11,459 nt of DNA from a virus, in the UHGV virus genome UHGV-0179154; one strand, 5' to 3'. The notes beneath the pieces were generated by a model. It did no database searches. It worked only from the letters and a program-made list of their open reading frames with translations, and was not told the origin of the DNA. Position numbers and translations under genes: made by a program. Within the stretch, counting starts at the first letter, position 1, and each line of letters begins with the position of its first letter. Below, piece after piece: positions 6,470 through 11,459 of this stretch.

Positions 6470-6497
6470 GTGTATTCATTACAACGAGTGAATACAC
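6470..6497. repeat. Perfect 9-bp inverted repeat GTGTATTCA-N10-TGAATACAC
   Basis: Arms at 6470..6478 and 6489..6497, immediately 3' of the 62-aa ORF stop. Confidence 0.5.
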
Positions 6498-6558
6498 GGA
6501 GCAATGTCGCTCGTAACCAAACAGGAGCCGACTTGTTCTGATTATTGGAAATCTTCTT

Positions 6559-6587
6559 TGCCCTCCAATGTGAGGGCAGTTTTTTTT
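6559..6587 (+). terminator. Rho-independent terminator
   Basis: Stem TGCCCTC/GAGGGCA (6559..6565, 6572..6578), 6-nt loop, then TTTTTTTT (6580..6587). Confidence 0.65.
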
Positions 6588-6600
6588 GACGGAGTAAACG

Positions 6601-6849
6601 ATGATAAAAACTGATTACCCTGCAGAGCTTAAACAAAAAGTAATAACAGCAATTAAATGCTCTTTTATCTCATGTCGTACAGATGAAGAACGATATGTCG
6701 TTGAGTGTGCAATTGTCGAGTTTCTCACAGCGATGGAATTTACCGCTGCAGAATCAATAGATGTATTAAAGCAATCAGACGGAAATGATATTGAAACGGA
6801 TGATGTTATTGACCGACTAATAAAATCATTCGAAGAAGAAATAGAGTAG
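6601..6849 (+). CDS. Hypothetical strongly acidic protein (82 aa)
   Basis: GGAG upstream of ATG at 6601; about 20 Asp/Glu versus 9 Lys/Arg by hand count, with acidic C-terminus DDVIDRLIKSFEEEIE. Confidence 0.5.
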   Translation: MIKTDYPAELKQKVITAIKCSFISCRTDEERYVVECAIVEFLTAMEFTAAESIDVLKQSDGNDIETDDVIDRLIKSFEEEIE

Positions 6850-6931
6850 CCGCCAAGCGCGGCTTTACCGCATACCAATAATGCTTCACGAGAGGCATTT
6901 TCGTTATGCAATCAAACAGAAGGAGTTACCC

Positions 6932-7066
6932 ATGATGCACTTTCAGCTCGCGGGTAGCGGCGTCATGTCCGCTTTCTACCCGCACGAATCTGAATTATCA
7001 CGCCGAGTTAAACAATTAATCAGAGCAGCAAAGAAACAACTGGAGGCGTTATGCGCAATGAAATAG
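6932..7066 (+). CDS. cIII: CIII-like protein (putative FtsH inhibitor, 44 aa)
   Basis: AAGGAG 6 nt upstream of ATG at 6932; MMHFQLAGSGVMSAFYPHESELSRRVKQLIRAAKKQL resembles the lambda CIII core as I recall it. The track start at 6881 has no Shine-Dalgarno. Confidence 0.5.
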   Translation: MMHFQLAGSGVMSAFYPHESELSRRVKQLIRAAKKQLEALCAMK

Positions 7067-7203
7067 CCATCAATCACCAGATACTTCGTGCAGCACAAAA
7101 CAAAGCAGTAATAGCCAGATTTATTGGTGATTCCAAAATGTGGCTTGAAGCAAATAAAGCGATGAAATCAGCTATCAACCTTCCGTGGTATCGCAGGAAA
7201 TGA
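7051..7203 (+). CDS. kil: Kil-like small protein (50 aa), tentative
   Basis: GGAGG 4 nt upstream of ATG at 7051; ARFIGDSKMW resembles the lambda Kil segment ATFIGDEKMF as I recall it; overlaps the cIII-like 3' end by 16 nt; sits just upstream of the recombination genes as in lambda. Confidence 0.4.
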   Translation: MRNEIAINHQILRAAQNKAVIARFIGDSKMWLEANKAMKSAINLPWYRRK

Positions 7204-7278
7204 GTTTTACAGATAACTGGTCAGACGAAGAATTCATTCGTCAGATGAAAGAATTAATCGGTAACGAAGGAGATATTC

Positions 7279-7449
7279 ATGTCACTTGCAACCACAGTGA
7301 AGGAGAGCAAGTTACAGAGACGCATGTACACGCAGAAAGCTCTCTGGTATCGCCATAATGGCGACCGCGAAGGAATGCGGGTATGCCTTAATTTGTCACG
7401 AGTCGAAGTATTAAATCAGCGTTATTTCCTTGGGCCGTGTCCATTCTGA
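7279..7449 (+). CDS. Hypothetical protein (56 aa)
   Basis: AAGGAG 6 nt upstream of ATG at 7279; hand-translated MSLATTVKESKLQRRMYTQKALWYRHNGDREGMRVCLNLSRVEVLNQRYFLGPCPF. An alternative 52-aa ORF (7200..7358) overlaps in another frame. Confidence 0.35.
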   Translation: MSLATTVKESKLQRRMYTQKALWYRHNGDREGMRVCLNLSRVEVLNQRYFLGPCPF

Positions 7450-7457
7450 GGTGAATT

Positions 7458-8165
7458 ATGGATTTGAACAAATTCGATGAGCCATTCAGCCCTGAAGATA
7501 TCGAATGGCGAATACAGCAAAGCGGTAAAACACGCGATGGCAAGGTGTGGGCTATGGTGCTGGCTTATGTCACGAACCGGGCAATCATGAAGCGCCTGGA
7601 CGATGTTTGCGGCAAAGCAGGATGGCGCAATGAATACCGCGATATTCCCAACAACGGCGGAGTTGAATGCGGCATATCAATCAAGATTGATTCCGAATGG
7701 GTAACCAAATGGGATGCTGCTGAAAACACGCAGGTAGAAGCCGTCAAAGGCGGTCGTTCCGGTGCAATGAAGCGCGCTGCCGTTCAGTGGGGAATCGGTC
7801 GGTATCTGTATAACCTTGAGGAAGGTTTTGCACAAACATCTCTCGATAAAAAGCAGGGATGGCACAGGGCAAAACTCAAGGATGGAACAGGATTTTACTG
7901 GCTCCCTCCATCGCTGCCGGGATGGGCAATCCCAGCATCAGATAACAAACCATCACCAGAAAATACCAACCAGAAATCTCCATCGGTTGACTGCGAACAA
8001 ATCCTGAAAGACTTCAGCGATTATGCGTCAACAGAAACTGACAAGAAAAAACTCATCGAGCGTTATCAGCGTGACTGGCAATTAATGGCTGGCAACGAGG
8101 AGGCGCAGGCTAAATGCGTTCAGGTAATGAACATCAGAGTTAACGAACTAAAACAGGCGGCATAA
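7458..8165 (+). CDS. Putative single-strand annealing recombinase, Rad52-like family
   Basis: 235 aa; GAGGTGA upstream; WGIGRYLY-type motif that I associate with phage Rad52-like annealing proteins; directly followed by ssb and an exonuclease. Confidence 0.5.
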   Translation: MDLNKFDEPFSPEDIEWRIQQSGKTRDGKVWAMVLAYVTNRAIMKRLDDVCGKAGWRNEYRDIPNNGGVECGISIKIDSEWVTKWDAAENTQVEAVKGGRSGAMKRAAVQWGIGRYLYNLEEGFAQTSLDKKQGWHRAKLKDGTGFYWLPPSLPGWAIPASDNKPSPENTNQKSPSVDCEQILKDFSDYASTETDKKKLIERYQRDWQLMAGNEEAQAKCVQVMNIRVNELKQAA

Positions 8166-8681
8166 ATGGCAAGCAGAGGCGTAAATAAGGTGATCATTAT
8201 TGGTCGCCTTGGGCATGATCCAGAAATTAGATATTCACCATCAGGAACGGCATTTGCAAACCTTACCGTTGCTACGTCAGAACAATGGCGTGATAAGAAA
8301 ACTGGAGAGCAAAAGGAGCAGACGGAGTGGCACCGCGTGGTAATGAGCGGGAAACTGGCAGAAATTGCCAGCGAATATCTGCGAAAAGGCTCTGAGGTTT
8401 ATCTTGAAGGCAAATTGCGGACAAGAAAATGGCAGGATCAAAGCGGACAGGATCGGTTCACTACCGAAGTCATCGTGGGCGTTGGTGGAACCATGCAAAT
8501 GCTTGGTGGCAAGCAAGGAGGCAATGAACAGTCTTCACCTCAGCGAAATAATGGTCAGCAACAAAGACAGCAACCTCAGCAGCAGGGAAATCACAGCGAA
8601 CCACCTATGGATTTTGACGACGATATCCCCTTTGCACCAGTAACTCTCCCCTTCCCTCGTCACGCTATTCACGCAATTTAA
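8166..8681 (+). CDS. ssb: Single-stranded DNA-binding protein with a 15-aa extension past the DFDDDIPF tip
   Basis: OB-fold N-terminus ([31 protein letters not shown]), Gly/Gln-rich linker, [11 protein letters not shown], then [15 protein letters not shown] before the stop. Confidence 0.8.
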   Translation: MASRGVNKVIIIGRLGHDPEIRYSPSGTAFANLTVATSEQWRDKKTGEQKEQTEWHRVVMSGKLAEIASEYLRKGSEVYLEGKLRTRKWQDQSGQDRFTTEVIVGVGGTMQMLGGKQGGNEQSSPQRNNGQQQRQQPQQQGNHSEPPMDFDDDIPFAPVTLPFPRHAIHAI

Positions 8682-8689
8682 GGACTTAC

Positions 8690-9238
8690 ATGAATCACTT
8701 GATGGTTGACCTTGAAACAATGGGCAACGGGCCATACGCGCCAGTTATTTCTATTGGGGCGGTATTCTTTGACCCGAATACCGGAGAAACAGGAGAAGAG
8801 TTCTCGGTAAATATCTCGCTTGAATCATCAATGCGATATCGAGCGCGTCCTGACGCTTCAACGATTTTATGGTGGCTGGAACAGAGTGAAGAAGCCAGAA
8901 AATCGCTAACCAGCAACACTCAGGAGCTTTCAACGGCTCTTTCATGGTTATCTGAATTCATCATAAAGAACGCTAACCACAAATTCGTTCAGGTTTGGGG
9001 GAATGGAGCATCATTTGACTGCGTTATTCTCCGAAACAGTTATTCGCTGACAGGGCAGCCAGTTCCGTGGCAGTGGTGGAATGACCGCGACGTAAGAACA
9101 ATCGTCGAACTTGGGAAGGTAATAGGATTCGACCCTAAGCGAGATATGCCATTCAAAGGAACTCGCCACAACGCGCTTGATGATGCCATTCACCAAGCCA
9201 AATACGTTTCAGCGATCTGGAAAAAGTTAGCTAAATAA
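8690..9238 (+). CDS. DEDDh-type 3'-5' exonuclease (DnaQ-like fold)
   Basis: Exo I MVDLETMG, Exo II GASFDCVIL, Exo III HNALDDAIHQAKY; AAGGA 6 nt upstream of ATG at 8690. Confidence 0.7.
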   Translation: MNHLMVDLETMGNGPYAPVISIGAVFFDPNTGETGEEFSVNISLESSMRYRARPDASTILWWLEQSEEARKSLTSNTQELSTALSWLSEFIIKNANHKFVQVWGNGASFDCVILRNSYSLTGQPVPWQWWNDRDVRTIVELGKVIGFDPKRDMPFKGTRHNALDDAIHQAKYVSAIWKKLAK

Positions 9239-9254
9239 TCAACAGGAGAAAACC

Positions 9255-9548
9255 ATGCCAGCGCCTCTGTATGGTGCGGATGACGCGCGCCGCTGTTCCG
9301 GCAATTCCGTATCGGAGGTGCTGGATAAATTCAGAAAAAACTACGATCGGATAATGTCGCTACCGCAGGAAACGAAAGAGGAAAAGGAATTTCGCCATTG
9401 TATATGGCTTGCAGAGAAAGAAGAACTCGAGCGAATTTACCAGACATCAATCCGACCATTCCGCAAAGCCACATATACCCACTTCCCTGAAATTGACCCG
9501 CGCCTGCGTAATTACCGCTCACGCTATGGCGCTATCAGTAATGACTGA
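9255..9548 (+). CDS. Hypothetical protein (97 aa)
   Basis: AGGAG upstream of ATG at 9255; no recognisable family. Confidence 0.45.
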   Translation: MPAPLYGADDARRCSGNSVSEVLDKFRKNYDRIMSLPQETKEEKEFRHCIWLAEKEELERIYQTSIRPFRKATYTHFPEIDPRLRNYRSRYGAISND

Positions 9549-9558
9549 GGAATTTACC

Positions 9559-9726
9559 ATGAGAGGTCTTGCATACAATCCCGGCATTCTTCCGGCAGAA
9601 ATGATTATTCGCCAACGCGTAAAGCCAATGCCATCGAGAGAGGAATTGCTTAAGAGAAATTCTTTTCCATCAGTAAATCAAAACAAATATCTGAATGCGA
9701 TGTGGCGCAAAGGAGGCAACCAGTGA
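9559..9726 (+). CDS. Hypothetical small protein (55 aa)
   Basis: Internal ATG at 9559 of track ORF 9409..9726 with GAGG 8 nt upstream; the longer form overlaps the preceding gene; stop overlaps the next start (GTGA). Confidence 0.3.
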   Translation: MRGLAYNPGILPAEMIIRQRVKPMPSREELLKRNSFPSVNQNKYLNAMWRKGGNQ

Positions 9727-10397
9727 GCGAAATTAATTACCAGGCACTGCGTGAGGCGGCAGAGAAAGCAACGTGGGGAGACTGGGACTCATATAAACCA
9801 CACCGTGGCGCACGTGGTTATGAGGTCCGACTAAGTAGTCAGGCCATTGCGCAACACGTTCTGAAAAACAACGCTGAATTTATTGCTGCCTTTAATCCAA
9901 AGGTGGCTTTGGCACTACTGGATGAACGGGAAAGAAACCAGCAATACATCAAATCCCGCGACCAGGAGAACGAGGATATTGCGCTAACGGTAGGGAAGCT
10001 GCGCGTTGAGCTGGAAGGCAAAGACAGCAAAATAGCCAATCTTACCGCCGAACGCGATGCTCTTCGTGAAGGTGAGATGGGCGACGCTAGGTATAGCAAC
10101 ACACGGGCCGCAGCTGATATCTACTTCCAACTGGTCGAGGAGTGCGAAATTCCTGCTGGCGGATCTCTGGTCGAGTACGTTGACGATATGCGCGAGAAGC
10201 TGGAAGCCGCAGAGAAGCGCATTGCTGAGCTGGAGTTGCGGGAGGTTGTGCTTCCGCAATGCTATAGCATGTTGCATCGCGTCGATTTTGACGAGCCTTA
10301 CCACACTGAAATGGTTTACAGGCAGCATCAGGTTCTTGAGGCACTGCACAACGCTGGAATAAACGTCACCGAAGCAGGTAAAGGAGAGGCATCATGA
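9723..10397 (+). CDS. Ea22-like protein (coiled-coil-rich)
   Basis: AGGAGG 6 nt upstream of GTG at 9723 (alternative GTG at 9702); [15 protein letters not shown] and [34 protein letters not shown] resemble lambda Ea22 as I recall it. Confidence 0.55.
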   Translation: MSEINYQALREAAEKATWGDWDSYKPHRGARGYEVRLSSQAIAQHVLKNNAEFIAAFNPKVALALLDERERNQQYIKSRDQENEDIALTVGKLRVELEGKDSKIANLTAERDALREGEMGDARYSNTRAAADIYFQLVEECEIPAGGSLVEYVDDMREKLEAAEKRIAELELREVVLPQCYSMLHRVDFDEPYHTEMVYRQHQVLEALHNAGINVTEAGKGEAS

Positions 10398-10933
10398 GCA
10401 CTATCACAAGAGAATGGCTGCAGCAGGCTATCAACGATTATGAAAGCGTTCGTGATGAGCTTCCTTTCGGGCTTGATGATTACCAGGGGAATATCCTGGC
10501 TGCCCTGCGTATCGCACTGGCATCGCTGGAAGCAGAGCCGGTGGCGTGGAAGGTAACATTCACGCAAATTGACCGTGAATATAACACGTTCACTGGTATG
10601 TATTCTGACAAAGCAGAAGTCGAACGGTGGGTGCGGCTGCATAAAGCATGTAATTTTCGGGCAGATATAACACCGCTTTATACCGCCAAGCCAGTGCCGG
10701 TAACTCCGGATGGTTGGATAAGCTGTAGTGAGCGAATGCCAGAAAAGAACCAGAACGTACTTATTTCGGTGAATTTCGATAGTGATCTGGTTGAGCCGCT
10801 AATATGCTCCGCACGCTATACAGGAAGCACATTCCGGCGAGGAGAAGCAACGATTAAGCCGGGTAATGGTATTGAGCAGGCAACTCACTGGATGCCTCTA
10901 CCAGAACCGCCTCAGGAGGTTAACCGTGGCTAA
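10394..10933 (+). CDS. DUF551-like phage protein
   Basis: C-terminal DGWISCSERMPE...THWMPLPEPP pattern typical of DUF551; ATG overlaps the upstream stop (ATGA). Confidence 0.55.
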   Translation: MSTITREWLQQAINDYESVRDELPFGLDDYQGNILAALRIALASLEAEPVAWKVTFTQIDREYNTFTGMYSDKAEVERWVRLHKACNFRADITPLYTAKPVPVTPDGWISCSERMPEKNQNVLISVNFDSDLVEPLICSARYTGSTFRRGEATIKPGNGIEQATHWMPLPEPPQEVNRG

Positions 10934-10965
10934 CCTGCAACTTGCCGTTAAAGGTGAATAACAAT

Positions 10966-10990
10966 CCTCGCACTCGCGGGGATTTCTTTT
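10966..10990 (+). terminator. Putative rho-independent terminator
   Basis: Stem CCTCGC/GCGGGG (one G-U pair), 4-nt loop, then ATTTCTTTT. Confidence 0.4.
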
Positions 10991-11033
10991 ATCTGAACTC
11001 GCTACGGCGGGTTTTGTTTTATGGAGATGATAA

Positions 11034-11201
11034 ATGCACTTCCGAGTCACAGGTGAATGGAATGGAGAGCCATTCGACAGGGTTATCGAAGCAGAGGACA
11101 TCAACGACTGCTATAACCACTGGATGATATGGGCGCAGATAGCTCATGCAGACGTAACCAATATTCGAATTGAAGAACTGAAAGAACACCAAGACGCCTG
11201 A
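11034..11201 (+). CDS. Hypothetical small protein (55 aa)
   Basis: GGAG upstream of ATG at 11034; hand-translated MHFRVTGEWNGEPFDRVIEAEDINDCYNHWMIWAQIAHADVTNIRIEELKEHQDA; terminator follows. Confidence 0.4.
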   Translation: MHFRVTGEWNGEPFDRVIEAEDINDCYNHWMIWAQIAHADVTNIRIEELKEHQDA

Positions 11202-11214
11202 TGGCGGTTTTTTA
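11193..11214 (+). terminator. Putative rho-independent terminator
   Basis: Short GC stem CGCC/GGCG with tetraloop, then TTTTTTATT. Confidence 0.4.
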
Positions 11215-11258
11215 TTGCCTGATTTGCAGGTTCGATTCCCTATTCGGAGATAGCACTC

Positions 11259-11459
11259 ATGCAACACGAACTACAACCTGATTCACTGGTTGATTTGAAA
11301 TTCATCATGGCTGATACTGGCTTCGGTAAAACCTTCATCTATGACCGGATTAAGTCCGGCGACCTGCCAAAAGCCAAAGTTATCCACGGGCGAGCAAGAT
11401 GGTTATATCGTGACCATTGTGAATTCAAAAATAAGCTCTTAAGCCGCGCCAATGGGTAA
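11259..11459 (+). CDS. xis: Excisionase / AlpA-like small DNA-binding protein
   Basis: 66-aa ORF at the position where lambdoid phages carry xis (integrase would lie beyond the window); GGAG upstream; stop is the last codon of the window. Confidence 0.45.
   Translation: MQHELQPDSLVDLKFIMADTGFGKTFIYDRIKSGDLPKAKVIHGRARWLYRDHCEFKNKLLSRANG

Larger units (their letters stand above)
1..11459. mobile_element. Lambdoid prophage early/immunity region (partial, continues beyond both window edges)
   Basis: Gene order and orientation match the lambda map when reversed: ninB, helicase, O, cII, cro on minus; cI, N, cIII, kil, recombination genes, xis on plus. Divergent operator region between cro and cI. 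Confidence 0.85.

Noticed and set aside
5663-6911. Minus-strand ORFs 5663..5902, 6165..6362, 6400..6636 and 6615..6911
   Set aside because: Each is antisense to a plus-strand ORF that has a ribosome-binding site and fits the PL operon direction; AT-rich DNA yields long chance frames.
6881-6931. Longer 61-aa form of the cIII-like ORF
   Set aside because: No Shine-Dalgarno before ATG 6881, whereas ATG 6932 has AAGGAG and aligns with the lambda CIII N-terminus.
7565-8007. ORFs 7565..7747 (-), 7677..7865 (-) and 7816..8007 (+)
   Set aside because: Embedded in or antisense to the 235-aa recombinase gene; no start signals.
8277-8945. ORFs 8277..8516 (-), 8365..8643 (+), 8535..8735 (-), 8695..8919 (-) and 8751..8945 (-)
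   Set aside because: Overlap the ssb and exonuclease genes, which have clear motifs.
9331-10642. ORFs 9331..9522 (-), 9839..10102 (-), 9984..10349 (-), 10057..10362 (+), 10087..10344 (-) and 10328..10642 (-)
   Set aside because: Alternative or antisense frames within the better-supported plus-strand genes; none has a ribosome-binding site.
10898-11267. ORFs 10898..11104 (-), 10942..11127 (+) and 11019..11267 (-)
   Set aside because: Replaced by the 55-aa plus-strand ORF 11034..11201, which has a ribosome-binding site and a downstream terminator; the others span a terminator or lack start signals.
1-11459. CRISPR arrays, tRNA or rRNA genes, insertion sequence ends
   Set aside because: No regularly spaced direct repeats with unique spacers, no cloverleaf-like candidates and no terminal inverted repeats flanking a transposase-like ORF; the only repeat arrays are the ori iterons and the operators.

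Overview
The window reads as the early/immunity region of a lambdoid (enterobacterial) prophage, oriented so the lambda rightward operon is on the minus strand. From left to right: a ninB 5' fragment, a tR2-like terminator, a DnaB-family helicase and an O-like initiator with internal ori iterons (P22-type replication module), cII, nutR and cro on the minus strand; then OR/PR/PRM; then on the plus strand cI, a co-transcribed 3-TM membrane protein in the rexAB position, OL/PL, nutL, an N-like antiterminator, a visibly AT-rich island of five unknown genes (5176..6849), cIII-like and kil-like genes, a recombination module (Rad52-like annealing protein, SSB, DEDDh 3'-5' exonuclease), Ea22-like and DUF551-like genes, and an excisionase-like gene. 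No tRNA, rRNA or CRISPR array was seen. The best candidates for an undescribed function are the cI-linked membrane gene and the AT-rich island downstream of N, but none of these proteins has a motif I can recognise, so their functions are inference only. All homology calls are from memory of family sequences and motifs; no search or computation was run.
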